Origin: an uncultured Candidatus Saccharibacteria bacterium | Lineage (GTDB): Bacteria; Patescibacteriota; Minisyncoccia; UBA6257; WO2-44-18 | NCBI GenBank assembly: GCA_964637575.1 | Contig: CAZWVU010000002.1 | Span: 18,824-82,823, forward strand | Direction: 5' to 3' | DNA length: 64,000 bases | Shown: positions 37,763 through 47,566 of the stretch, one piece after another | How the letters are laid out: each line of letters opens with the position of its first letter | Position numbering within the stretch: the first letter of the stretch is position 1 | Translations under genes and position numbers: made by a program | Notes under the pieces: generated by a model | Databases searched by the model: none | Seen by the model: the letters and a program-made list of their open reading frames with translations, nothing else | Told to the model about the DNA's origin: nothing

Positions 37763-39667
37763 ATGCAATTTCTGGTGCGTTTTTTTAATCGCCTTCGGCA
37801 TGTTCTTATCTGGGGAATTCTCGGAATTATAGCACTTGCATCGGCGCTTTTTATGTTTACCGCGTCGCACGGCGACGCGCCGATCGTTGACGAACAGCCG
37901 CATATTGCCGCGGGATACAGTTATCTCCGTTATTTTGATGCCCGGCTCAATCCGGAGCATCCTCCGCTGGTGAAAATGCTTGCCGGATTTCCCCTCCTTT
38001 TTCAGGGACTGAATTTCCCGGTTGCCGGCGATGCCTGGCGGAATGGAATCAATGAACAGTGGACGCTCGGTTCGGATTTCCTCTATGACAGCGGCAATAA
38101 CCCGGATGCAGTGGTTGGTTGGGCACGCCTCGGTCCGATGCTGCTGACGCTGATCCTTATCATCGCCGTCTACGCCTGGTCGAAAGAACTGCTGGGCCGC
38201 TGGTGGGCCCTGCTTCCTTCATTTCTGATTGCCTTCTCGCCCACGTTTCTCGCCCACGGGCATTATGTCACGACCGATGTCGGCGCCACCCTCGGGATCT
38301 TTCTCGCGACCGCCGCCTTCCTGAATTTCCTTTTCAGTCCTTCGCGAAAGCATCTGATCTGGGCCGGCCTTGCCTTCGGTCTGGCGCAATTGGTGAAATT
38401 TTCGGCCTTTCTCCTCGTTCCTTATTTCATACTCCTGATGACGGTTTTTTATGCAGTAAGCGTGGCGCGCGACTGGAAGATGACCGATCCACAGCGCGGA
38501 CGCCTCCGCCGCTTTGCCATGCGCTTCTGGAAATACTTCCGTTCGCTTTTTATTATATTCCTGATCGGATTCGCGATGGTCTATATTGTCTACTTTTTCC
38601 TCGTCTGGAATTATCCGCGTGACAAACAGGTTGCCGACACCGGCGCCATTCTGGCATCTTTCAGCCCGCGCACCTTGCCCGCGGTCACCCTCTGGCTCGC
38701 CAATGTTCCGGTGCTCAGGCCGATCGCGCAGTATCTGCTGGGGCTTTTGATGGTTTTGCAGCGTTCCAGCGGCGGGAACACGATTTATTTCCTCGGCAAT
38801 GTCTCCGGCGGCGGATCGCCGCTGTATTTTCCGCTGGTGTTTCTCATGAAAGAACCGGTCGCGTCATTGATTATGATCTTCTTTGCGATCGGTTATTCAA
38901 TCTACGGATTGGTCCGCAGTTCCGCTTCGGCGATCGCGCGCCGCTCATTCCGGATTGCCGAATACCTCACCACAAACTTCGCCGAATTCGCCCTCCTGCT
39001 CTTCGTGGGTATCTATTGGACGTCGAGCGTTTCCAGCCACCTGAACATCGGCATCCGGCATATCCTCCCCACGCTGCCATTCATCTACATTCTCACGGCG
39101 GGCGCGATCAAACGCTGGTTCAGCATCAAAAATCTGGATGCGGTACAGAATTTTGCCCTGAAAATTTTTATTGTCTACCGGGAACTGATCAGCGTTTCTC
39201 TGAAATCGGCGGCGCTGGTCGTTTTGATTGTCTGGTATGTGCTTTCCGCGTGCGTCACGGCGCCTTATTTCCTTTCTTATTTTAACTTCCTCGCGGGGGG
39301 CACACACTACGGGTACCAGTATGTCACCGACTCCAACTACGACTGGGGGCAGGATTTGAGACGGCTGGCCTCATGGGCTGATCAGAATCTTCCGCCCGGA
39401 GAAAAAATCGCCGTGGATTACTTTGGCGGCGGCCGGCCGGGTTATCATCTCGGCAACCGCGAGGTGGACTGGTGGTCGTCAAAAGGCAGTCCGGCGAATG
39501 AAAATATCCGGTGGCTTGCCGTTTCTATCAACACTATCCAGCAGGCCAAGGGCACGCTCGCACCCGACCAGCCCCGAAAACCCGAAGACGAATACCGCTG
39601 GCTCACCGACCCGTATCATCCTTTCGCCCGCGCCGGCACCTCCATCTTTATTTATAAACTTCAGTAA
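37763..39667 (+). CDS. GT-C glycosyltransferase, family 39 (PMT/ArnT-like), second paralog
   Basis: 634 aa, polytopic; ...GDAPIVDEQPHIAAGYSYL...EHPPLVKMLAG... characteristic first periplasmic loop of PMT_2/ArnT enzymes. Confidence 0.7.
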   Translation: MQFLVRFFNRLRHVLIWGILGIIALASALFMFTASHGDAPIVDEQPHIAAGYSYLRYFDARLNPEHPPLVKMLAGFPLLFQGLNFPVAGDAWRNGINEQWTLGSDFLYDSGNNPDAVVGWARLGPMLLTLILIIAVYAWSKELLGRWWALLPSFLIAFSPTFLAHGHYVTTDVGATLGIFLATAAFLNFLFSPSRKHLIWAGLAFGLAQLVKFSAFLLVPYFILLMTVFYAVSVARDWKMTDPQRGRLRRFAMRFWKYFRSLFIIFLIGFAMVYIVYFFLVWNYPRDKQVADTGAILASFSPRTLPAVTLWLANVPVLRPIAQYLLGLLMVLQRSSGGNTIYFLGNVSGGGSPLYFPLVFLMKEPVASLIMIFFAIGYSIYGLVRSSASAIARRSFRIAEYLTTNFAEFALLLFVGIYWTSSVSSHLNIGIRHILPTLPFIYILTAGAIKRWFSIKNLDAVQNFALKIFIVYRELISVSLKSAALVVLIVWYVLSACVTAPYFLSYFNFLAGGTHYGYQYVTDSNYDWGQDLRRLASWADQNLPPGEKIAVDYFGGGRPGYHLGNREVDWWSSKGSPANENIRWLAVSINTIQQAKGTLAPDQPRKPEDEYRWLTDPYHPFARAGTSIFIYKLQ

Positions 39668-39862
39668 TTTTCCCGCCCTCTCCCCGAAGCTCTTCTCTTA
39701 CCCGCTCGCTACCGGCCTCGCTCGCTTACGCGATTTTTCCACATACGGATATATAACTAAAGGTTAATGATCCCGAAAAAATCGCTGCTCGCTTCTGGGT
39801 AACGCTCGGGGATGCGTTCAGAGCTTCGGGGAGGGGCTGACGCTCCATGCTACTGAGGCTAT

Positions 39863-40015
39863 CCAGGAAATTCCGTAGGGAATATCTCGGAGCTGATGCG
39901 GCTGGCCTGACACATGGTTGCGTCAGAGCCAAGGGTGCCTTGCGCATCGGCGAGAGCTAAGTGGTGCGCGAGGCCGCTGAAGCCGAGCGACACCCGGTTC
40001 CCGGGAATTTCCTGG
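39863..40015 (+). repeat. structured repeat family 2, copy B, bounded by 12-bp inverted repeat CCAGGAAATTCC / GGAATTTCCTGG
   Basis: Core 39887-39955 tcggagcTGATGCGGCTGGCCTGACACATGGTTGCGTCAGAGCC...GCCTTGCGCATCGGCGAGA matches 4944-5013 with compensatory change (GATTCG/CGAATC vs GATGCG/CGCATC); lies in 364-bp gap between convergent genes. Confidence 0.65.
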
Positions 40016-40031
40016 GTGGCCTGCAGGTAAG

Positions 40032-40763
40032 CTATTTCAGATATATCCGGTTCTCCACGGTGAAGTCGGCGTATGAAGAGGCGCTGATTTTCCCGCTCGC
40101 GATGAGATTAGCAAGCGAAGAAAATACCTTTTTGTTCGGAATAAATCGGACGCTGAACATAAGCTGGGCGCCGCGCGCCGGCGTTATCACAATCTCCTGA
40201 AAGGTATCCTTGTACGCATAGTCGCTCAATGTCAGTGGCACGCCGGCCAGGCCATCCAATAGCGCGGCCACTGCGGCAAAACGGTCCGGAGGCAGTACTT
40301 CCCGGCCAATCATGGGCGTAAATTGCCGGCTGTCATTGATTTTCACGATCGTGGACCCTTCGGTGTCCGGCGCCTCGGCGACCGCCAAGCCCTGGCGGTT
40401 CACCCAGAAACAGTCTTTGGCGCACCAAATCGCGAAACGGTCGGCGTTCGGTCCTGTCAGCGTCAGGATTCCTTTTCCGTAGTTTTTTTCAACAGTAACA
40501 CCGCGTATTTCATCCGGCCAGGAAAGAAAGTTGCTCAAGCCCAAAAGACGCGCTTCCGGATTTGCCAGTACTAACGGCCGGAGATCTTCCAGAGTAACCA
40601 CGCCCGAAACCGCAATGGACTTTATCTTCAAAAATGAAAGATGCAGCACGCCGTACAGCGCCCCGGCGGCGGCAAAAATAATTACCGCGATGAGACCATA
40701 GAATCTCATCCGAACATGCTGCTGATAGCGCCGCTTTTCCGATTTGGATAACAGTTGCTTCAT
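40032..40763 (-). CDS. cell division protein FtsQ/DivIB-like (POTRA domain)
   Basis: 243 aa; N-terminal TM then ...FLKIKSIAVSGVVTLEDL... POTRA-like start; directly downstream of alr. Confidence 0.5.
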   Translation of the reverse strand: MKQLLSKSEKRRYQQHVRMRFYGLIAVIIFAAAGALYGVLHLSFLKIKSIAVSGVVTLEDLRPLVLANPEARLLGLSNFLSWPDEIRGVTVEKNYGKGILTLTGPNADRFAIWCAKDCFWVNRQGLAVAEAPDTEGSTIVKINDSRQFTPMIGREVLPPDRFAAVAALLDGLAGVPLTLSDYAYKDTFQEIVITPARGAQLMFSVRFIPNKKVFSSLANLIASGKISASSYADFTVENRIYLK

Positions 40764-41884
40764 TACGCTACAATCCTTTCAATTAAAGGATTGATTCTTG
40801 TGATGATCTCGTAATGGCTGGCACCCAGCTTGCGGGCGAGATCGTATGCGCTTACTTCTTCATTTCCCTGACGGCCGATCAGCGTCGCTTTCATTCCCCG
40901 CCCTGTTTTCACCCCGGCAACGTCCGCCACGATCATGTCCATGGAAACGCGCCCGAAAACGCGGCATTTTTTACCGCCGATCAGCACCTCGCCGATACTG
41001 GAAAGCGCCCTCGGATACCCATGCCAATATCCGATCGGAAGCACCGCGATTTTTCCGGGCTTTTCCATCCGCTCGGTCAGGTCATACCCCACATAGTCGC
41101 CCGGCCCGATTTTTTTGACCTCACTTACCAGCGTATGCCAGGAAAGCGCCGGCTTCAGCCGGATCTTCGGCAGTTGCATCATCAGCTCCCCGGACGGCCA
41201 GAGGCCGTAGAGTCCGATGCCGATCCGCACCGCGTCCAGATGGTATTTCTGGTTCATCAGGGTGCCGCCGCTCGCCGCCGCGTGCCTCACAAGATTTTTA
41301 TAGCCGGCGGCCTCGATATGCTTTACCGCCTTCTGAAATTCTTTGAACTGCATGTCGGTGATTGTCGGATAATTAAGTTCTTTGGCCGACGCGAAATGGG
41401 TATAGATGCCTTTCAATGCATGTGAAATTTTAAATTTAGAATTTGAAATTATCCGGATTGCTTTTGGCAATTCGGAATAATAAAATCCCTGCCGGTGCAT
41501 GCCCGTATCCATCTTCAGGTGGAATTCCGGTTTATATTTTGACGCGGCCAGTTCCGCAAGCCCTTCAAGGCTGGAAACGGTAATGGTGATTTTATTTTTC
41601 GCAGCCGTTTCCAGAAAATTCCTGAACGTCGAGCCAAGAACGAGTACCGGCTTTTTAATCCCTTCTTTGCGGAGTTTTTCGCCCTCCACCACGCTGTCCA
41701 CGCAAAAACCGTCCACGCCGAACTGGTCGGCGAGACGGGAAAAGGAAGCCAGCCCGTGTCCGTAGGCGTTGGATTTTACCACTGCGAACAGTTTCGTCTT
41801 CGGGGCGAGTAGCTGGCGGAATGTTTTTATATTATGCTGAACTGCCGCCTTGCTGACGTTTACAAATACTTTATTTTGCGCCAT
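40763..41884 (-). CDS. alr: alanine racemase
   Basis: 373 aa; PLP-lysine motif AVVKSNAYGHG. Confidence 0.92.
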   Translation of the reverse strand: MAQNKVFVNVSKAAVQHNIKTFRQLLAPKTKLFAVVKSNAYGHGLASFSRLADQFGVDGFCVDSVVEGEKLRKEGIKKPVLVLGSTFRNFLETAAKNKITITVSSLEGLAELAASKYKPEFHLKMDTGMHRQGFYYSELPKAIRIISNSKFKISHALKGIYTHFASAKELNYPTITDMQFKEFQKAVKHIEAAGYKNLVRHAAASGGTLMNQKYHLDAVRIGIGLYGLWPSGELMMQLPKIRLKPALSWHTLVSEVKKIGPGDYVGYDLTERMEKPGKIAVLPIGYWHGYPRALSSIGEVLIGGKKCRVFGRVSMDMIVADVAGVKTGRGMKATLIGRQGNEEVSAYDLARKLGASHYEIITRINPLIERIVA

Positions 41885-41942
41885 AGTGGTGCTAAGTTCC
41901 TTTATTTAAACACAAAAACAGGCTTTTGAGAAGGAGGCGCAC

Positions 41943-42467
41943 ATGACTCTTCAAGAGTCACGGGAGCGGCTCCGCAGGCTGCACCCGATCGTGAAAGGAA
42001 TCATATTCACCCTGCTGGCCGGCATTACGTTCTTCATCGAAATCTGGCTGGTCAGGAACATGCGCGATTTTCACCGGGAAGCGATCCGTGCCTATGCCGC
42101 CTATGATCTCGACAGAATTGGCGGAGTCGTCAATCTCGTGATCCAGGCGCCTTTTCAGGAAGAGCTGATATATCGCGGACCGGTGTGGCTTCTGGCTGTT
42201 CTGACAGGCTGGGCTATCAGGAAACATCCCGGAAAAAAATCTGTGGAATACGCGGCCCATGCGCTCTGCGCCTTGCTGCTTCTTCCACTCAACTACGTCT
42301 GGGCGTTCAGCCATTGCCGCTACTCTTACACCATCTTTGCCTTTGGTCTCGTCTGGGGACTCTGCGTCATCCTCACCCGCCGGCTGCATTACTCGATGAT
42401 TCTCCACGCGGGATCCAACGCCTGCGCCGTTATCGGCATCTCTGTAATTCATTATTTTTCAAGTTAA
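41943..42467 (+). CDS. CPBP family intramembrane metalloprotease (CAAX protease-like)
   Basis: 174 aa; EELIYRG (EExxxR), FSHCRY, HAGSNA motifs. Confidence 0.7.
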   Translation: MTLQESRERLRRLHPIVKGIIFTLLAGITFFIEIWLVRNMRDFHREAIRAYAAYDLDRIGGVVNLVIQAPFQEELIYRGPVWLLAVLTGWAIRKHPGKKSVEYAAHALCALLLLPLNYVWAFSHCRYSYTIFAFGLVWGLCVILTRRLHYSMILHAGSNACAVIGISVIHYFSS

Positions 42468-42508
42468 AATCGCCCTCGGCAACACCGGGACGATTTTTTT
42501 TGCGAACG

Positions 42509-43807
42509 CTAACGAGTAATTTCTTTGAGACCCGCGTACTTCTGTAAAATCTTCGGCACCTTCACCGTCCCCTTCTCGGTCTGATAATTCTCAATAATTG
42601 CGATAAGAATGCGCCCGATGGCAAAGGTCGTCGCGTCGTTCATATGCGCGAGTACCGTCGTGCCGTCTTTGCGTTTCGCCCGCGTGCCGAGCCGCCGCGC
42701 CTGGTAGTCAGTCATCAGATCGGAGGTATGCGTCTCGCGATAGCGGTTTTGTCCGGGTAGCCAGGTTTCAATATCAATTTGCCGCGCATCCGGGCCGCCC
42801 ATATCCCCGGTACAGACCGCGACCACCTGATACGGAAGTTCAAGTTTTTGCAAAAGATATTCCTGAAGCGCCACGATAAAATCCTGTTCGGTGCGGGAAT
42901 GCTCCGGCAGAGTGAATGATTCGATTTCCAGCTTGTCGAACTGATGCACCCGTAAAATACCTTTCACGTCTTTCCCATACGATCCGGACTCGCGGCGGAA
43001 GCTGGAAGAAAACCCGATATACCGCAGCGGAAACTGTTCCTCGGGAATGGTCTCATCCATATGGATCGGGCCAAGGGTATGCTCGGCGCTCCCCACCAGA
43101 TAGAGGTCATCCTTCGGGAGATAATAGCGCTCTTCTTCCTGCCCGGGATCGAGCCGCGCCATCCGGCGGAACACCTCCGGCTTGATCATGACCGGCGGAA
43201 TCACCGGCACAAATGGTGTGGAAGCGTATCCCTTGGCAACGGAACCCGCGATCTTCTTAATAAGCTTTTCATCTCCCAGCGTTTCAAACACCCACTGAAC
43301 GATTGCATACTCCAGCAAGGCCGCGCCTCCTTTAAGATACGTGAAGCGCGCCCCGGAGACTTTCGCGGCGGTTTCCGTATCAATAATCCCCAGCGCCTCG
43401 CCGAGTGTCATATGATCTTTCGGCTGAAAATCGAACGTTGTCGGCTCGCCCCATTTCCGGATCACCTTGTTGCCACTTTCATCTTTTCCAACCGGGACAT
43501 CCTCAAACGGAAGGTTGGGCAGGCGCATCCAGGCAAAACCCCGCTCTTTTTCCAGCGCCAGAAGCCGTTCTTCCAGCACCTTGATCTCCTCTTTGTTTTT
43601 CTTCGCTTCCTGAATTTCCTCCGGGCCTGGTTTCTTGGCGCTCATTTTTTTCTGCGCCGCCCGCTTCCCGTCTATCGCCTGCACCGTTTCCCGCCAGGCC
43701 TGGTCAATTTCCAAAAACTGATCCACCAGCAGCGGATCGGCGTTTTTCTTGGCGATTCCTTCTTTTACTCTTTGCGGTTCCTTGCGGATCAGTTCAACAT
43801 CAAGCAT
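42509..43807 (-). CDS. serS: seryl-tRNA synthetase
   Basis: Start at MLDVELIRKEPQRVKEGIAKK (N-terminal coiled coil), class II aaRS motifs; the 5' ORF extension to 43975 uses a GTG and lacks similarity. Confidence 0.9.
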   Translation of the reverse strand: MLDVELIRKEPQRVKEGIAKKNADPLLVDQFLEIDQAWRETVQAIDGKRAAQKKMSAKKPGPEEIQEAKKNKEEIKVLEERLLALEKERGFAWMRLPNLPFEDVPVGKDESGNKVIRKWGEPTTFDFQPKDHMTLGEALGIIDTETAAKVSGARFTYLKGGAALLEYAIVQWVFETLGDEKLIKKIAGSVAKGYASTPFVPVIPPVMIKPEVFRRMARLDPGQEEERYYLPKDDLYLVGSAEHTLGPIHMDETIPEEQFPLRYIGFSSSFRRESGSYGKDVKGILRVHQFDKLEIESFTLPEHSRTEQDFIVALQEYLLQKLELPYQVVAVCTGDMGGPDARQIDIETWLPGQNRYRETHTSDLMTDYQARRLGTRAKRKDGTTVLAHMNDATTFAIGRILIAIIENYQTEKGTVKVPKILQKYAGLKEITR

Positions 43808-43841
43808 GACCTTAATTATAAACGCACCCTTGTGGGTGCGT

Positions 43842-44111
43842 CTAGTTGAGATCGTGGGGATGATACGCGATGCCGGTCGGAATCTGAAGAAGTTCTCGGC
43901 AGTGCGGACAGTACCAGGCTTTGCCATCACCTTCAAAATAAGGGAGAAAGCAGGCGCCGCAAAAACCTTTACCACACTTCGGACAATCGAAATCGTTATT
44001 CACGACCGGCGAAGAGATCACATCCTGCCAATCCTCCGAAATAACCGTGATGGTTTTCCTGATGGCACAGTTCGGACACTTTCTCGGAACCGCAAATCTG
44101 GCTTCACGCAT
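43842..44111 (-). CDS. hypothetical Cys-rich zinc-ribbon protein (89 aa)
   Basis: MREARFAVPRKCPNC...CPKCGKGFCGAC...CPHC; start at internal ATG with AGGAG RBS 6 nt upstream. Confidence 0.5.
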   Translation of the reverse strand: MREARFAVPRKCPNCAIRKTITVISEDWQDVISSPVVNNDFDCPKCGKGFCGACFLPYFEGDGKAWYCPHCRELLQIPTGIAYHPHDLN

Positions 44112-44160
44112 GCAAACTCCTGATTGAGTATGTTCTGGCAACACTATGCCACAGGCGGGA

Positions 44161-44565
44161 CTATTTGTTAAGAAGGCTGCTTTTATAGATATGCGGCTCA
44201 AAAGATTTCAGGTGAACAATTTCCGGAACATAGCCAAGCCGATCCAGATTCTTTTCCAATGCCGCGCCAAGAATCGTCTGGTCGTAACCGATCGCGATGA
44301 CGTCCGGCCGCTCCTTCCTTACTATTTCCCAGACGCCCAGCTCTTTGTCGCCGACCAAAACTCTGTCCACGCCATCCTGCGCGCTCAACTCCTCCATTCG
44401 CTTCATCAGATTAAATTTTGGCGAGTGTCCTTTGAGTTGTTGGACGATATGGTCCCGCGCGACTACCACGGTCAAAAAATCGCCATGCGCCCTTGCTTGC
44501 TTCAGCATGGCTTTGTGGCCTTCGTGAATTCCATCAAACGTCCCGAACACTATTACCGTCCTCAT
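44161..44565 (-). CDS. cytidylyltransferase-like nucleotidyltransferase (HxGH family)
   Basis: 134 aa; VIVFGTFDGIHEGH signature of the CTP/ATP transferase fold (FAD synthase / glycerol-3-P cytidylyltransferase-like). Confidence 0.7.
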   Translation of the reverse strand: MRTVIVFGTFDGIHEGHKAMLKQARAHGDFLTVVVARDHIVQQLKGHSPKFNLMKRMEELSAQDGVDRVLVGDKELGVWEIVRKERPDVIAIGYDQTILGAALEKNLDRLGYVPEIVHLKSFEPHIYKSSLLNK

Positions 44566-44587
44566 ACATTCAATATATCAAACAAAG

Positions 44588-45925
44588 TTAGTCCTTCGGG
44601 CGGAGGGTCGGGAAAGCGATGATCTCCTTCACCGAATGCGCTTTGGTGACAAGCGCTACCAAGCGGTCAATGCCCAGACCGAGACCGGCGGCCGGCGGCA
44701 TGCCATATTCAAGCGCCTCCAGAAAATCCTCATCCATCCTGAAAGCCTCCTCATCGCCGGCTTTGCGCGCCTCCTCCTGATCCAGCATCTGCGCCCGCTG
44801 AGCCACCGGGTCATTCAGCTCGGAAAATCCTTTGATAATCTCGGCACCATCCACGATCAGCTGGAAGCTTTCGGTGAGCGATTTATTTTTCTGATCAAAT
44901 TTGGCGAGCGCGATCACCGAAGCCGGATAGTCGGTAACCAGCGTCGGCTTAATGATCTTTGGCCGGACTTCTTTCTTGAAAAACTCATCCAGCTGGGCCG
45001 GATCGATGGAATGATAATCCTTGCCGGAATATTTTTTGAACGCGTCGGCATACGTGATCCGCTCCCATGCGCCGGGGATGAGCTTCTTCAGGAGTTTTTT
45101 GGTAAATTTCATCAGACCTTCGTAATCCTGATACGCCCAGTAAAGCTCCAGCATGGTGAATTCCGGATTGTGTGCGCGGTCTATGCCTTCATTCCGGAAG
45201 TTGCGGCCGATCTCAAAGATCTTTTCCAAGCCGCCGACCAAGAGGCGCTTTAAATATAATTCCGGCGCGATGCGGAGATAGAAATCCGCATCCAGCGCGT
45301 TGTGGTGCGTCTTGAACGGCCGGGCCTTGGTCCCTCCGGGAATCGGCTGGAGCATCGGGGTTTCGATTTCCAAAAACCCCTCTTTGGTAAGCGCTTCCCG
45401 CAGATATTCCACGATCTTGGATCGCTCAATCAGTTTATTTTTTACTTCGGGATTCAGCAGAAGATCCAGATATCGTTTCCGGTAGCGTTCTTCCACATCC
45501 TGCAGGCCGTGCCAAACTGAAGGCAAAGGACGGAGCGACTTCACCACGATGCGGGCCGACCTGGCTTCAATCGTCTTCTCGCCGGCTTTGGTTTTGAAAA
45601 ATGTCCCGCCTACTTCCAGAAAATCGCCGATGTCCAGATTGTTTTTAAGCGCGGCGAAGTCGCCGAGATTATCCTTCTTCAGGAACACCTGTACTTTTCC
45701 GCTGGAATCCTGAACGTCCGCGAAACCGATGGCGCCCTGCAGACGGAGGCCCATTACCCGCCCTACCACAAAAATTTTTGACTTCTTCTTCGCCAGCGTC
45801 TGAAAACCGGCCACCGCCTCACCGATTGAATGAGTTCTTTTTACCCGCGCTGGATATGGTTCATAACCAAGCTTTTCCAGCTCGCCTTTTTTCTTAAGAC
45901 GTTCTTTGAGGATGTCCTCGAGCAT
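44588..45925 (-). CDS. lysS: lysyl-tRNA synthetase (class II)
   Basis: 445 aa; OB-fold N-domain, ...FRNEGIDRAHNPEFTMLELYWAY... motif 2 region. Confidence 0.93.
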   Translation of the reverse strand: MLEDILKERLKKKGELEKLGYEPYPARVKRTHSIGEAVAGFQTLAKKKSKIFVVGRVMGLRLQGAIGFADVQDSSGKVQVFLKKDNLGDFAALKNNLDIGDFLEVGGTFFKTKAGEKTIEARSARIVVKSLRPLPSVWHGLQDVEERYRKRYLDLLLNPEVKNKLIERSKIVEYLREALTKEGFLEIETPMLQPIPGGTKARPFKTHHNALDADFYLRIAPELYLKRLLVGGLEKIFEIGRNFRNEGIDRAHNPEFTMLELYWAYQDYEGLMKFTKKLLKKLIPGAWERITYADAFKKYSGKDYHSIDPAQLDEFFKKEVRPKIIKPTLVTDYPASVIALAKFDQKNKSLTESFQLIVDGAEIIKGFSELNDPVAQRAQMLDQEEARKAGDEEAFRMDEDFLEALEYGMPPAAGLGLGIDRLVALVTKAHSVKEIIAFPTLRPKD

Positions 45926-46377
45926 TATTTGACGCTCAAAAGTTTATAGGTCGTCTGGCCCGCCGGAGTTTTTACCTGGACCATGTCGCCCACGGTCTTG
46001 CCCAGAAATGCCTTTCCAAGCGGAGATTCGTTGGAGATTTTGCCGGCAATCGGATCGGCTTCGTTCGGACCGACAATGCTGTAGGCCATTTTTTTGCCGT
46101 CCCGCTCCACCTCGATCGTCGAACCAATCTGCACTTTGCTGCCATTGGAATGTCTGATGACGGACGCGTTCTTGATCATGTCTTCAAGTTCGACAATCCG
46201 GGTTTCCACCTGGGTCTGCTCTTCCCTAGCTTCCATGTACTCGGCATTTTCGGAAAGATCGCCGAGTTCTTTCGCCCGCTTCAGACGTTCAGCGACTTCG
46301 GCGCGTCGGACGGTTTTTAATTCTTCAAGTTCTTTGCGTAATTCCTCAAGACGCTCGGGGGTTAAGTAATGTTCCAT
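45925..46377 (-). CDS. greA: transcription elongation factor GreA
   Basis: 150 aa; N-terminal coiled coil with acidic tip ...LSENAEY..., C-terminal FKBP-like domain. Confidence 0.9.
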   Translation of the reverse strand: MEHYLTPERLEELRKELEELKTVRRAEVAERLKRAKELGDLSENAEYMEAREEQTQVETRIVELEDMIKNASVIRHSNGSKVQIGSTIEVERDGKKMAYSIVGPNEADPIAGKISNESPLGKAFLGKTVGDMVQVKTPAGQTTYKLLSVK

Positions 46378-46409
46378 AATTTTAAAATTCTATCAGATCA
46401 AGGAGTTGA

Positions 46410-47138
46410 TTACAACTTGTATTCTTTCCGCCAAAGCCACCAGCGGATTTTCACCGTTTCGGCAAGCACCTGCAGATACGCCCTGGAGGATACGTGCGTG
46501 CGGGCATCGTTTACCCAGTGCACCGGCATTTCTTTCACTTCATAGCCAAGCGCCCGGGCGAGCGCCAGCGCTTCGATATCAAAGCCCCACCGGTTGATTT
46601 TTACCAGAGGAAACACGCGCTCGGCGGCCTCTTCCGAAAAACATTTAAAACCGCACTGGCTGTCTTTGATGCCCCGTAACGCCATAAGTTGTATGAAAAT
46701 ATTTCCCGCCCGTCCCATTATGCGCTTCTGGATCGGCTGGGGTGGATTCATTTTCGCGCCCTTCACGTACCGCGATCCGATCACCACTTCGTATCCCTGA
46801 TCGAGATAGGGCATCATTTTATTGAATTCGACGATCGTGGTGGAATTATCCGCGTCCATAAACACCCGCCAGTTGCCCTTGGCGGCGAGCATTCCCTGCC
46901 GCACCACCGCGCCTTTGCCGCGGTTTTCTTTATTATCGATCAGTTTCAGATTTTCAATCAGCGGCCGGAAACGGTTGACAATCTCAGCGGTGGCGTCGGT
47001 CGAGCCGTCGTTCACGACGATAATTTCATAGGAATACTCCTGCTGGGAAAGATGCTTGTCCACGTCGATCAGAGTCAACGGAAGACGCTTGGCTTCGTTA
47101 TAGGCGGGTATTATTACGGAGAGATACGGCTTGGCCAT
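46410..47138 (-). CDS. family 2 glycosyltransferase, polyprenyl-phosphate sugar synthase (DPM1/GtrB-like)
   Basis: 242 aa; LSVIIPAYNEAKRL, VVNDGSTD, DADNS motifs. Confidence 0.8.
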   Translation of the reverse strand: MAKPYLSVIIPAYNEAKRLPLTLIDVDKHLSQQEYSYEIIVVNDGSTDATAEIVNRFRPLIENLKLIDNKENRGKGAVVRQGMLAAKGNWRVFMDADNSTTIVEFNKMMPYLDQGYEVVIGSRYVKGAKMNPPQPIQKRIMGRAGNIFIQLMALRGIKDSQCGFKCFSEEAAERVFPLVKINRWGFDIEALALARALGYEVKEMPVHWVNDARTHVSSRAYLQVLAETVKIRWWLWRKEYKL

Positions 47139-47176
47139 CTATTAAAAGTATAGCATTTGATTCCTTTTCTTTTTTA

Positions 47177-47243
47177 GCCAGTGCCTTCTTCTCCTCGCCA
47201 GGACGTCGGGCTACAATCCTGTCTGCGGGAAGAAGGCACTGGC
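47177..47243 (+). repeat. structured repeat family 1, copy 3
   Basis: GCCAGTGCCTTCTTC-TCCTCGCCAGGACGTCGGGCTACAATCCTGTCTGCGG-GAAGAAGGCACTGGC (15-bp perfect outer stem). Confidence 0.8.
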
Positions 47244-47566
47244 TTCACGACAAGACTATTTTGCAAACGTAATCTTGGGAGGTTACGGGTTGAAGCAGCG
47301 CGGTTGGTATTTAAAAAAGCCCCGGCAGGGTGTTCCGGACACCGCAGGGATTTCCCCGCGCAGCCCAGAACCCCAACCGGAGCGTAATATGTTTTTTACT
47401 ACTTTTAATCGTACCACAAAAAATCCCCTCCGCGGGCTACGAAGCCGCACGGAGGGTGTGAACGAGGTCTTGAAAAACTATCCCGAAGTAAGAGCCGAAA
47501 GCGCTTGTTCAAGGACGACCTTTGTCTCTTACTTCGGTGCGGAAAATATACCTAAATTTTTTATTA

